Of a DNA stretch of 54,364 nt, positions 1-15,901 are shown in pieces. How positions within the stretch are numbered: the stretch's first letter is position 1; each line of letters opens with the position of its first letter. The translations under genes were made by a program, and so were the position numbers. Source of the stretch: Enhygromyxa salina (GTDB taxonomy: Bacteria > Myxococcota_A > Polyangia > Nannocystales > Nannocystaceae); assembly GCF_002994635.1 (NCBI RefSeq), contig NZ_PVNL01000139.1:146055-200418 (forward strand). The letters are read 5' to 3'. The notes beneath the pieces are model-generated. The model did not search any database, was not told the origin of the DNA, and saw only the letters and a list, made by a program, of their open reading frames with translations.

Positions 1-238
1 CGCGCTGTTCAGCTTCACGGCCCCATCCGACGCGAGCTTCTCGTTCTCGCTCAGCAACGCCGAGTTCGAGGGCGTCATCTACCTCGCGGGCCCGACCTGC
101 CTGCCGCTCGAAGAGCTCGACTGCCAGCCCGAGGGTCAAGACATCGTCTACCCCATGCTCACCGACGAGGTCGTCTACGTGATCGTCGACTCGTCCATGG
201 ATCCAGGCGCCGCGACCGTGACGATCACCGCCCTCTGA
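1..238 (+). CDS. 3' partial CDS of a hypothetical (probably secreted, Cys-containing) protein, ending ...TVTITAL*
   Basis: Open frame from the window edge to TGA at 236-238 with high GC3; no start in window; no recognisable motif. Confidence 0.4.
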   Translation, partial: ALFSFTAPSDASFSFSLSNAEFEGVIYLAGPTCLPLEELDCQPEGQDIVYPMLTDEVVYVIVDSSMDPGAATVTITAL

Positions 239-270
239 TCACCCCAAGCCCTCGCACAGGGGATCTACAC

Positions 271-3051
<2,781 letters not shown>

Positions 3052-3068
3052 GCGGCTGCTCAAAATCT

Positions 3069-3311
3069 CTAGGCTTGCCTGGCCCGGCTCACGAACGCGA
3101 TGAGCACGCCCAACGCGAAGGGGCTCACGAGGATCGCGGCCAACGCGAACAGCCCGAGCAGGCAAGCCCCGCCCCACATCAATCCGCAGGCCCGTCCGAG
3201 CAGGATGACGCCGGGGACGACGAGCCACCACCGCCTTGCGGCCAGGTAGACTGTCTCACGAACGCGGACCAGCCACGGGGGCGCGACGCTCGGATCGAAA
3301 TCTGTATCCAT
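3069..3311 (-). CDS. small hypothetical membrane protein (~80 aa, two predicted TM helices)
   Basis: ATG at 3311 (internal M of ORF 3069..3431) gives MDTDFDPS...WWLVVPGVILLGRACGLMWGGACLLGLFALAAILVSPFALGVLIAF; high GC3. Confidence 0.4.
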   Translation of the reverse strand: MDTDFDPSVAPPWLVRVRETVYLAARRWWLVVPGVILLGRACGLMWGGACLLGLFALAAILVSPFALGVLIAFVSRARQA

Positions 3312-3357
3312 TGGAGTGAGTGTGCTCCGTGCGGGGCTTCCGCGCAATCGCGAGCTT

Positions 3358-4179
<822 letters not shown>

Positions 4180-4279
4180 GTCAGCCGAATAGCACACCCT
4201 AGAGCACCGATCGCCTCTACTAATTTGCGCTCGCAAACCCTGTGACACGCAGACTCGCCGCTTGGCGAGCCCCTCGCCG

Positions 4280-5833
4280 CTACAGCGCGTCCAGGATCTG
4301 CTTGATCTCGTCGAGATCCGCGTCTCCCGGCAATACCGCCTGCGCCGCCGCGATCGCTGCATACGCCGCGTCAATCGCGACGCCTGCTTCCGTGAGTGTG
4401 CCCGACTTGATCGCAATCAATGCGTCCACATACGCGATGATCGCCGCGCCCTTCGCCATCCGACTCGCGTCGCTGTCGAGCAGCTGCGCGAAGCTGTAGC
4501 TCTGCGACACCTCCATGCTCTCGAAGCTGCTCACGTCCTCCCAGGTGGCGGTCACCGTGATCTGTGCGGCCTCGTCGATCAGCTCCGGCGCGCAGGTCAC
4601 CAGCTCCTGCAAGAACACCATCGAGTCATTCGGCGCGAGGTGCTGCGGCTCGACCTCCTTGGGATCCGACGACAGCTCCTCCCCAGAGAATTTCACGATC
4701 TCGAACCCAGGCGGCAAGCTCAGCTCGACCTGAACGTTGCGCGCCGCCAGCCCCATCGTGCTGATGAAGTTGGTGTTGAAGGTGTCCCAGGCCTCAGCCT
4801 CGTTGGTGATGAACACCGAGGCGCCCTTGCCCGCGTCGGTGACCACGTCCATCAGATCGTCGTTGTAGGTGCCGACCAGATCGACCCCCGCGCCGACCAG
4901 GTAGATCCCGTCCGAGCCCCCGTAGTTGGCGCTCTCGGCGATCAGCTCGATGTCCGTCACGCCCGCGTTGGCGCCACCGTCCGAGATCAACACCAGGCGA
5001 TTGAGCGCGTTGATGTCCCAGGTCTGCTGGGCCAGCTCGTAGCCCGAGGTCAGCCCGCCGTGGAGATCGGTCCCACCGCCAGCGGTGAGCGCCTCGATCT
5101 TGTCGAGCAGCTGCGGATCATTGGGCCCGGTGACCGCGTAGCCGGCCAGCGTCCACGAGTTTTGGGTGTCCCACTCGACCATCGAGACCTTGTCGCCCTC
5201 GCGCAGGCTGGCCGCGATCGCCCGGCAGCTGTGCTCGAGCAGCTCGATCGGCTCGCCCGACATCGACCCCGAGGTGTCGAGCACCAGCGTGATGTTCATC
5301 GGCGGCCGCTCGGCGTCGGTCATCTCCTCGCTGGTGACCCCGAGCTGCAGTTGGTAGTGCGGCGCGTCCTCCGGGAACCCTTCGAGCATGCGCAGCTCAG
5401 CGCTCAGCGCCAGGCTGCCGTCGTCGGCGGGGGCATAGTCGAACGAGTAGTAGTTCATGAACTCCCACGGCCGGATCGCCACGGGCCCGAGCCCGAGCCC
5501 ATCGACCAGGACTCGCTCGCGCACCTGCACCGGGGAGCTCATCGAGTTCGAGTCGTCGGGCGAGAGGTACAAGATCACGTCGTCGACGTCGTTGCACAGC
5601 GGCTCGCCAGTGTCGGTCTCGGTCTCGGTCTCCTCTGTGGGACCCTCCTCGTCGGGGATCACGGGTTCGTCGCCTCCCTCGGCGCCGCCGTCCTGCCCGC
5701 CGCCGCTCTCGCCCCCATCGCCCGACGTGTAGTAGCCCTCGTCGCCGAACGAGGAGCCGTCGTCACCGCAGCCGGCGAGGCTGACGGTCAGGGTCACGAG
5801 AGCGAGGGCACAGGGAAGCTCGATACGTTTCAT
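4280..5833 (-). CDS. von Willebrand factor type A (vWA) domain lipoprotein, YfbK-like architecture (N-terminal VIT-like region + vWA)
   Basis: Signal peptide and lipobox MKRIELPCALALVTLTVSLAGC; acidic Gly/Glu-rich linker; MIDAS motif LDTSGSMSGEP; paralog of 6291..7946. Confidence 0.8.
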   Translation of the reverse strand: MKRIELPCALALVTLTVSLAGCGDDGSSFGDEGYYTSGDGGESGGGQDGGAEGGDEPVIPDEEGPTEETETETDTGEPLCNDVDDVILYLSPDDSNSMSSPVQVRERVLVDGLGLGPVAIRPWEFMNYYSFDYAPADDGSLALSAELRMLEGFPEDAPHYQLQLGVTSEEMTDAERPPMNITLVLDTSGSMSGEPIELLEHSCRAIAASLREGDKVSMVEWDTQNSWTLAGYAVTGPNDPQLLDKIEALTAGGGTDLHGGLTSGYELAQQTWDINALNRLVLISDGGANAGVTDIELIAESANYGGSDGIYLVGAGVDLVGTYNDDLMDVVTDAGKGASVFITNEAEAWDTFNTNFISTMGLAARNVQVELSLPPGFEIVKFSGEELSSDPKEVEPQHLAPNDSMVFLQELVTCAPELIDEAAQITVTATWEDVSSFESMEVSQSYSFAQLLDSDASRMAKGAAIIAYVDALIAIKSGTLTEAGVAIDAAYAAIAAAQAVLPGDADLDEIKQILDAL

Positions 5834-5911
5834 GGCAAGGTCGCGTTCGGGGTACGGTTTGGATGTATCCCCAGCGGCACGTTTGGATCATCTTGGGTTA
5901 TCGTCCCGCCC

Positions 5912-6211
5912 ATGCCCCTGCCCGATGGAGACTCCAAGCTCGCCCACAAGCTCGTCGAGGACGGCGCGCTGCTGCTCGACGTGCGCACCGAGGCGGAGTA
6001 CGCCGAGCGCCACCTCGACGGCTCGCTGCTGATCCCCCACACCGAGCTGCCTGCGCGCATCGCCGAGGTGCTAGATGCCCAGGGCGGGGACAAGAGCAAG
6101 CCGATCGTGGTGTTCTGTCGCCGCGGCGGCCGGGCGGAGGTCGCCAAGGCGGCGCTGCTCGCGAGCGGGTTCACCGAGGTGACCAACCTCGGCTCGATCG
6201 ACGCCTGGTGA
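5912..6211 (+). CDS. single-domain rhodanese (sulfurtransferase)
   Basis: ATG at 5912 within long spurious ORF 4262..6211; rhodanese active-site loop VVFCRRGGRAEVA with catalytic Cys; about 99 aa. Confidence 0.8.
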   Translation: MPLPDGDSKLAHKLVEDGALLLDVRTEAEYAERHLDGSLLIPHTELPARIAEVLDAQGGDKSKPIVVFCRRGGRAEVAKAALLASGFTEVTNLGSIDAW

Positions 6212-6233
6212 GGGGGTCTCAAACAAACGAAAA

Positions 6234-6264
6234 CACACAACCCCCGCCGAACGGGAGTTGTGTG
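6234..6264. terminator. GC-rich hairpin (CACACAAC...GTTGTGTG with inner CCCG/CGGG) between convergent genes; possible bidirectional terminator
   Basis: 8-bp perfect inverted repeat plus 4-bp inner stem directly after the rhodanese stop and 27 nt before the convergent vWA gene stop; no U-run (common in high-GC genomes). Confidence 0.35.
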
Positions 6265-6290
6265 CTCGGTGCAGCCACCGTTGCTGAGCT

Positions 6291-7946
<1,656 letters not shown>

Positions 7947-7996
7947 GGGTCTTACCGAAGGGAGGTTCCTTCCCCTGGTACCCCGACGACCCTGAT

Positions 7997-8075
7997 CCGA
8001 TCACTCCCGATCACTCCCGATCACTCCCGATCACTCACGATCACTCACGATCACTCCGATCACTCCCGATCACGC
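7997..8075. repeat. tandem repeat of 10-bp unit CCGATCACTC (about 8 copies, last ones degenerate)
   Basis: Direct reading: ccgatcactc x4, acgatcactc x2, cgatcactc, ccgatcacgc; lies between the rpoD stop (8084) and the start of vWA gene 6291..7946 (ATG at 7946), i.e. in the latter's promoter/5' region. Confidence 0.85.
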
Positions 8076-8083
8076 CAAACAGC

Positions 8084-9853
<1,770 letters not shown>

Positions 9854-9881
9854 GCGATGCTGGACCTCTTGCGGGCTCAAG

Positions 9882-11723
9882 TCAGTTGGGGCGGGAACGA
9901 GACGGGGGCTCGAGCTTGCCCTTGATCTCGTAAAGTTCGGCGAGTAGCTCGCGGGCGCGGTCTTGATCGCCGCGGGCCATGGTCTGGGAAATTTGTTGCT
10001 CGAGCCGGTGGCGGGTGGCGAACAACACTTCGCGCTCACACAGGGCGAGCGCGGCCTGCAGCGCGGCCTTGGGATCTTCTTCGTCGGAGAAGCTCGGGCT
10101 GCGGCGATCCGGGGTGAACAACAGGTGCAGCGCGTGGCGCTGGCTGGGATCGACGAGCTCGAGCAGCTCGCCTGCGCTCGGGCGAGGCTCGCCGTTCTTG
10201 GCGGCCTCGATGGTCCGGCGAACGATCGGACCGAGGCGGTCATCGGTGACGTGATTCAAGACTCCCTCGCGCTCGGCCACGCGCGCGAGCTCCGGGCGAT
10301 CGACCAACAACGCGGTGACGCTCGCCTGTCCGCTCGGCAAAGGCTTGACCGGGCGCATGGCCGCGGAGTGTTGCATATCCGCCAAAAAATGCGACCTCTG
10401 GCCATTCTCGATCGACCCCCTGATCTTCGCGACAGGTACGTTGAGCATGTCCGCCGCGAGGTCGGCGTAGGTCTCTCGGGCCGATTGCCGGCGCACATGT
10501 CGTAATAGCGGCAACAGCGCATCGAGCGCTTTTTCTTTGGCCTCGACTGATCGCAGCGCCCCCTTGGCGATCATGCGGTCGACGAACCACAAGATGGCCG
10601 GGCGGGGACGAGCGAGCAGGTTGTCGAGCAACTCGGCCGAGGTGCTGTCGGGGTCCTCCCCCGGTTCGAGCGCCGCAATACGGACATCCATGCCGATCTC
10701 GAGCAACAGCGGGAGCGCAGCGTAGGCGGCCTTGGCCCCGGCCCGGTCACCGTCGAAGCACAGCACGATCGTGTCGGTGAACCGGGCCAGCAGCTCGCAT
10801 TGCTGCTTGGTCAGGGCGGTGCCCAACGCCGCGACGGTCTCGATGTAGCCGCGCTGGTGCATGGCGACCACGTCGATCTGGCCCTCCACGAGGATCCCGC
10901 GCTCGCGCTCACGCATGTTCGATCCGGCGGCGTGCAGACCGAACAACGTTTTCGACTTTTTGTAGAGCAGCGACTCTGGCGAGTTGATGTACTTGGGTGC
11001 CTTTTGTCCGTCGTCGGTCTCGGCGAACGCGGGCAGGACCCGACCCGAGAACCCGAGCACCCTTCCGCCTGGCGCGAGGATCGGGAACATCAGGCGACCC
11101 CGAAATCGATCGTAGTAGCTGCCGCTCCGCTGGCTGCGCGCGACCAGGCCGAGCTGCTCGGCGACATCGAGCGACAGTTGCTTGGATTGCAGCTCTCGCG
11201 CCAGCGTGTCCCAGCCGCCCTCCTCGGGCGCCGGGGCGTAGCCGACGCGGAAGCTCTCGCTGGTCTGGGCATCGATCCCGCGCTGCTGCTGGTACGCGCG
11301 CCCGGCCTCGCCGACCGGCTCGTCGGTCAGGACCCGGCGGAACAGCTCGGCGGCGCAGGCATTGACCTGATAGGCGTCCTCGCGCTCGCGCTCGCGCTGC
11401 TCGGCCCGCCGCACGTCGCCCGTGCTCTGATCCGGCATCGCCACGCCGACCCGCGCGCCCAGGGTTCGAACCGCCGCCAAGAACCCGATGCCCTCGACCT
11501 TCTGGATGAAGTCGAACACGTCCCCCCACGCGCCGCAGCCAAAGCACTTGAAGCTGCGCCGGACCGGGTCGACGTAGAAGCTTGGGCTCTTCTCGTCGTG
11601 AAACGGGCACAGGCCCTTGAATTGCTTGCCGGAGCGCTTGAGCCCGACGTGTCCGCCGACGACATCCGCGATGTCAGTCTGCTCGCGGATCCGCTCGATG
11701 ATCTGCTCTGGGATCGCCGCCAT
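9882..11723 (-). CDS. dnaG: DNA primase
   Basis: ATG at 11723 ([22 protein letters not shown]); zinc-ribbon [11 protein letters not shown]...[15 protein letters not shown]; TOPRIM region [14 protein letters not shown]...CFDGDRAG; lies 28 nt upstream of rpoD (classic dnaG-rpoD operon). Confidence 0.95.
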   Translation of the reverse strand: MAAIPEQIIERIREQTDIADVVGGHVGLKRSGKQFKGLCPFHDEKSPSFYVDPVRRSFKCFGCGAWGDVFDFIQKVEGIGFLAAVRTLGARVGVAMPDQSTGDVRRAEQREREREDAYQVNACAAELFRRVLTDEPVGEAGRAYQQQRGIDAQTSESFRVGYAPAPEEGGWDTLARELQSKQLSLDVAEQLGLVARSQRSGSYYDRFRGRLMFPILAPGGRVLGFSGRVLPAFAETDDGQKAPKYINSPESLLYKKSKTLFGLHAAGSNMRERERGILVEGQIDVVAMHQRGYIETVAALGTALTKQQCELLARFTDTIVLCFDGDRAGAKAAYAALPLLLEIGMDVRIAALEPGEDPDSTSAELLDNLLARPRPAILWFVDRMIAKGALRSVEAKEKALDALLPLLRHVRRQSARETYADLAADMLNVPVAKIRGSIENGQRSHFLADMQHSAAMRPVKPLPSGQASVTALLVDRPELARVAEREGVLNHVTDDRLGPIVRRTIEAAKNGEPRPSAGELLELVDPSQRHALHLLFTPDRRSPSFSDEEDPKAALQAALALCEREVLFATRHRLEQQISQTMARGDQDRARELLAELYEIKGKLEPPSRSRPN

Positions 11724-11994
11724 CGGTGAACGAGCGCCGACGCGACGCCCAGGGCAAGCATCCCCACAATCTCGAAAATCGCAAGTCGGCGAGCGCCACG
11801 TCGGTCTGGCGGCGTCGTTGGATGCGTCCGCGGGTCGCCGCCCCCACGCCCCACGACGCACCGGTCAGCGCCTGCAAACACCGTGCGCGAGCGCGGCCAC
11901 CCGAACGGTTGGGGGCGCGGACCCACGCCAGCGCCACCGCGCTGAACCGTCGAAAATTTGCTGAGGCCGGGCGACCCATGCAACGGGTCTGGGC

Positions 11995-12387
11995 ATGGTC
12001 CACGTCACCAGTTCCGCCGCCCACGCTCCGCACACCGAGGACACCGAGGCGAACCGACGCGGTAGCGGTCGGCGCGCGCGTTCGCGCGATCGTCTGATGG
12101 ATCGGGCTAGCCAGCCCTACGCGCCCAACCCCGAGCTGGCCAAGATCCGCCACGTCGAGAACCTGATGATGTTCATCGACGACGACCTGCGCGAGACGGC
12201 GCTGTCGATGGAGCGAATCGAGCGCTACCTGATCTCCACCCTCGAGATGCTCGAGGCCGACCACCTGGTGCGCGCCGACGTCCACGCGTTGGCCACGGAC
12301 GTCGACGTGCTGGATCAGATCGACCTGCTCAACGAGAACCTCGAGAGCTTGCGGCGGCGAGTCGCCCGGCTCGCGCACGTGCTCTGA
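11995..12387 (+). CDS. hypothetical protein (possible coiled-coil), divergent from dnaG
   Basis: ORF with high GC3; alternative start at ATG 12097 (MDRASQPY...); no recognised family. Confidence 0.4.
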   Translation: MVHVTSSAAHAPHTEDTEANRRGSGRRARSRDRLMDRASQPYAPNPELAKIRHVENLMMFIDDDLRETALSMERIERYLISTLEMLEADHLVRADVHALATDVDVLDQIDLLNENLESLRRRVARLAHVL

Positions 12388-12475
12388 GGGCGGGCGCCGC
12401 TCGACTGTCCATGAGATCAATCGTGAGCGCGGCGACCCTTTCCCTGGGCGGCCGCTTCACGTAGACCGCACACAG

Positions 12476-13333
12476 GTGAGCGAGCCGGCCCAGCCAGTCG
12501 AGGTGTCTCCCGAGCAGGCGCGGACACTCGCCCGCAAGGCGCTGCTCGCGACCGTCGGGCTCTACGGCGGCTACGCGCTGGTCCGACAGATCCCGGCGCC
12601 GCCGCTGATCGCCGAGTCGCTCGGCGTCGTGCTGATCGCGGGGTTCTACTTTCTGCCCGGCTTCATGCTGCGCAACCAGCCCGAGCTGGCCAAGCGCTGG
12701 CAGGTCGGCCCGGACGTCCCGATCCCGCCGTGGCGGCGCAGCGGCTGGCGCTGGGCCCTGTACGCTGCGCTGGCGATCTTTCCCCTGTTCGCGCTGCTGA
12801 CCTGGGGCTTTTATTGGCAGGTCTGCCAGGGCGATCTCTCGCTGCTCTCACCCGTGCTCGCGGTCGAGCGCCTGACCCCCGCCGACGGCAGCCTCGCGCG
12901 GTTCTTGGGCCGACAGTGCCGCGCCCACCCCGGCGGGTTCTGGCCGCGGGGCTTCTACGTGCCGATCGCGTGGGTCGAGTACTACGGGCTGGGGTTCGTG
13001 CAGGCCGTGGCGGTGGGGCTGTTCGCGATCGCGCTGCCCGAAGAAGTGTTTCATCGCGGCTACCTGATGAGCGCGCTGGAGCAACGCTGGCCGCCCACGC
13101 GCAAGCTGTTCGGGGTCCCGTTTGGCTGGGCCGCGATCATTTCGAGCGTGCTGTTTGCTCTTGGCCACCTGGTCGCCTCGCCGAGCACCGCCCGCCTCGC
13201 GACCTTCTTTCCCTCGCTGGTGTTCGCGTGGCTGTGGCGGCGAAGCGACAGTCTGTGGGCCCCGGCGCTGTTCCACGTGGCCTCCAACCTGTTGATGGAT
13301 GTGCTGCTCGCGAGTACCTTCGCGCCACGGTGA
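12476..13333 (+). CDS. CPBP family intramembrane metalloprotease (CAAX protease / Abi-like)
   Basis: Polytopic membrane protein with CPBP motifs EEVFHRGYL (EExxxR), FALGH (FxxxH) and HVASNLLMD (HxxxN/D). Confidence 0.75.
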   Translation: MSEPAQPVEVSPEQARTLARKALLATVGLYGGYALVRQIPAPPLIAESLGVVLIAGFYFLPGFMLRNQPELAKRWQVGPDVPIPPWRRSGWRWALYAALAIFPLFALLTWGFYWQVCQGDLSLLSPVLAVERLTPADGSLARFLGRQCRAHPGGFWPRGFYVPIAWVEYYGLGFVQAVAVGLFAIALPEEVFHRGYLMSALEQRWPPTRKLFGVPFGWAAIISSVLFALGHLVASPSTARLATFFPSLVFAWLWRRSDSLWAPALFHVASNLLMDVLLASTFAPR

Positions 13334-13353
13334 GCGCTGTCGTGAACTCGAAC

Positions 13354-14115
13354 ATGGACGCGGACCCCACTCCCAGTCAGGTCGCGGCCTTCTTCGACGT
13401 CGATCACACGCTGCTTGCCTGCAACTCGGCGCGCAAGTGGGTCGAGTACTTGTGGCGCAATGGCAAGATCTCGGTCGCCGCGACGCTGCGCTCGGTCTGG
13501 TGGCTGGCCAAGTACCGGCTGAGCGTGCTCGACTACGAAGACGTCACCAAGAAGGTGCTCGCCGACTACGCCGGGCAGTCCGTCGCAGAGCTCCGCGCCG
13601 AGATCGAAGCCTGGTTTCACAGCGACGTCGAGCCGTGGATCTGCGTGGAGGGGCGCGAGCGCGTCGAGTGGCACCGGGCCCAGGGCCACGTGTTGGTGCT
13701 GCTGACCTCGGGTACCTTCTTCTCGGTCGAGCCGCTGCAAGAGATCCTGGGCATCCCACACCTCGTGTGCACCCAGCTCGAAATGGAGGAAGGCAAGCTG
13801 ACGGGCAACTACTACCCGCCCAGCTGCTTTGGGCCGGGCAAGCTCCGGGCCGGTCTCACGTTCGCCGAGCAGCACGGCATCGATCTGGATCGCTCGTACT
13901 TCTACACCGACAGCTACTCCGACCGGCCGATGCTCGACCGGGTCGGGCACCCCAAGATCACCAACCCCGACCCGCGGCTCAAGGCCTGGGCGCAGCGGCG
14001 CGGCATGGCCTGGGAGCAGTGGCATCCGCAAGGGGTGGACCCCACGCAAGCGGTGCCGCCAGGTGGCGCCGCCAGCAAGCCTTCGGCGCCCAAGACTGTC
14101 GGGGGACAGGCGTGA
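13354..14115 (+). CDS. HAD-superfamily hydrolase, subfamily IB (phosphoserine-phosphatase-like)
   Basis: Motif I FFDVDHTLL; subfamily IB cap; motif IV YTDSYSDRPML; alternative GTG start at 13330 overlapping the upstream stop. Confidence 0.75.
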   Translation: MDADPTPSQVAAFFDVDHTLLACNSARKWVEYLWRNGKISVAATLRSVWWLAKYRLSVLDYEDVTKKVLADYAGQSVAELRAEIEAWFHSDVEPWICVEGRERVEWHRAQGHVLVLLTSGTFFSVEPLQEILGIPHLVCTQLEMEEGKLTGNYYPPSCFGPGKLRAGLTFAEQHGIDLDRSYFYTDSYSDRPMLDRVGHPKITNPDPRLKAWAQRRGMAWEQWHPQGVDPTQAVPPGGAASKPSAPKTVGGQA

Positions 14116-14975
14116 GCGGTCGGGGTGAGCTCGCCGAGCTCGGCGACATCGATCGGATCATCGCGGCCGCGCTCCACGAAGATCTCGCGTCGGGCGACAT
14201 GACCTCGCGGCTGACGGTCCCGGCGCTGGCGCCGGCCAATGGCCGGATCATCGCCAAGCAAGCGCTCAGCTTCTGCGCCGGGCCCGTGGTCGTGCGGACC
14301 TTCGAGCAGGTCGACCCCGCGGTCACGGTCGAGCTGTGTGTCGGCGAGGGCGATCGCGTGAAGCCGGGCACCGAGCTGGTCCGCCTCGCCGGGCTCGCCC
14401 GCTCGCTGCTGGCTGGCGAGCGCACCGCCCTGAACTTGCTCGGCCGCGCCTGCGCGGTCGCGACCCTCACCCACGCCTACGTCGAGGCCGCCGGGCCCAC
14501 CCTGCGGGTCGTCGACACCCGCAAGACCATGCCGGGCCTGCGCGCGCTCGACCGCTACGCCGTGCGCATGGGCGGCGGCCACAACCACCGCAACGACCTT
14601 GGCGCCGGGCTGTTGATCAAAGAAAACCACATCCGCTGCGCCGGCTCGGTCGACGCCGCGGTTCGGGCCGCCCGCGAGCACGCCTCACACGCCGTCCGCG
14701 TCGAGTGTGAGGTCGAGACCCTGGCCGAGGTCCGCCAGGCGATCAGCGCAGGCGCCGACGTCTTGTTGCTCGACAACATGGACGACCAGACCCTGCGCGA
14801 GGCCGTCGAAATCGCCCGCCAACAAAATGATCGCGTGCTGCTCGAGGTCAGCGGCGGGATCACCCTCGCGCGGCTGCCGACCCTGGCCACGATCGGCCTC
14901 GACCTGGTCAGCGTCGGCGCGATCACCCACTCCGCCCCAAGCGTGGACATGTCTTTGCTGTTCGAGCTGCCCTGA
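14112..14975 (+). CDS. nadC: nicotinate-nucleotide pyrophosphorylase (carboxylating), quinolinate phosphoribosyltransferase
   Basis: GTG at 14112 overlaps the upstream TGA (GTGA); conserved QPRTase blocks VVDTRKTMPGLRALDRYAV, MGGGHNHRNDLGAGLLIKENH, LLDNM. Confidence 0.85.
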   Translation: MSGRGELAELGDIDRIIAAALHEDLASGDMTSRLTVPALAPANGRIIAKQALSFCAGPVVVRTFEQVDPAVTVELCVGEGDRVKPGTELVRLAGLARSLLAGERTALNLLGRACAVATLTHAYVEAAGPTLRVVDTRKTMPGLRALDRYAVRMGGGHNHRNDLGAGLLIKENHIRCAGSVDAAVRAAREHASHAVRVECEVETLAEVRQAISAGADVLLLDNMDDQTLREAVEIARQQNDRVLLEVSGGITLARLPTLATIGLDLVSVGAITHSAPSVDMSLLFELP

Positions 14976-15004
14976 CCCGCTGTAAATGACCCCCACAGAG
15001 AGCT

Positions 15005-15300
15005 TGCCCTTCGCCGACTGCAGCCGCTGGCGCGTCTGGTCGCTTCGCTCCTCGGGACCGTTTGCTCGCAGGCGCATGTGTGGCCCCCTGGGAGGGGGCT
15101 CTGAGCACATTTTCCGCTACGCAAAAATCTAGCCAAAGGTTCGCGCGCGCTGCGCGGCCCATGGACGCCGGCAAACAAGGTTCCGAGCCCCCTCATAGGG
15201 GGCCACACATACCCATGCGCACAGCTAGCCCCGAGGAGCGAAGCGACCAGACGCGCCAGCGGCTGCAGTCGGCGAAGTGCCAAGCTCTCTGTGGGGGTCT
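15005..15300. repeat. composite palindromic intergenic repeat element (REP/MITE-like), copy A; second copy at 46125-46335
   Basis: Inverted arms 15011-15106 and 15186-15283 built from a 45-bp unit CCCCGAGGAGCGAAGCGACCAGACGCGCCAGCGGCTGCAGTCGGCGAA plus the palindromic module GAGCCCCCTC(C/A)(C/T)AGGGGGCCACACAT; ends in TGTGGGGGTCTAAAAA immediately 5' of the ATG at 15305. Confidence 0.8.
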
Positions 15301-15304
15301 AAAA

Positions 15305-15901
15305 ATGCTACGCTCCCGCACCTTGCGAACCCGGACACAGCCGCCACGCAGGCCCCTGTTCGCGGTGGCCATGAGCTTGCTGACCGTGGTGCCCTTGCTC
15401 GTCGGCGGCTGCATCGAGCCGCCCGAGCGCGAGGCCGACGCCGACAGCACCCACGCCAAGGCCGACGCGCCGACCAGCGCCAAGCGACAGGCCACGATCC
15501 CCGCCGACGGCTGGAACGACAACATCGCCTGGCGTGGATTCGAAGAGGGCCTCAAAGAAGCCAAGAGCTCGGGCATGCCGGTCATGATGGTCGTCCACAC
15601 CGACTGGTGCGGGAACTGCCAGAAGCTCAAGCGCACCTTCAACGCCGACGCCAAGCTCGAGCAGCTGTCCGAGCGCTTCGTCATGGTTCACGTCAACCAA
15701 GACGACAACCCCGAGGCCACGCTGTATGGGCCAGACGGCCAGTACATCCCCCGGGTGATGTTCCTCGACGCCAACGGCAACGTCGATCAGGGCCTGCAAA
15801 ACCCCAACCGGCCGAGCAGGTTCCGCTACTTCTACACGCCGCAGGAAGACCTTGTCGCGACCATGCGACGGGCCCTGGACCAGCATGGCAACAAGTCCTG
15901 A
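15305..15901 (+). CDS. thioredoxin-fold lipoprotein (thiol:disulfide oxidoreductase-like, WCGNC motif)
   Basis: ATG at 15305 right after the repeat element; signal and lipobox ...LLTVVPLLVGGC; redox motif HTDWCGNCQKL; alternative start at ATG 15371. Confidence 0.7.
   Translation: MLRSRTLRTRTQPPRRPLFAVAMSLLTVVPLLVGGCIEPPEREADADSTHAKADAPTSAKRQATIPADGWNDNIAWRGFEEGLKEAKSSGMPVMMVVHTDWCGNCQKLKRTFNADAKLEQLSERFVMVHVNQDDNPEATLYGPDGQYIPRVMFLDANGNVDQGLQNPNRPSRFRYFYTPQEDLVATMRRALDQHGNKS

Noticed and set aside
4262-6211. 649-aa plus-strand ORF
   Set aside because: Antisense to the vWA lipoprotein gene for most of its length; only the terminal 99 codons (rhodanese, from ATG 5912) have coding character and motifs
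7997-8075. Short direct repeats as a possible CRISPR array
   Set aside because: Units are contiguous 10-mers without spacers; no cas genes; a simple tandem repeat
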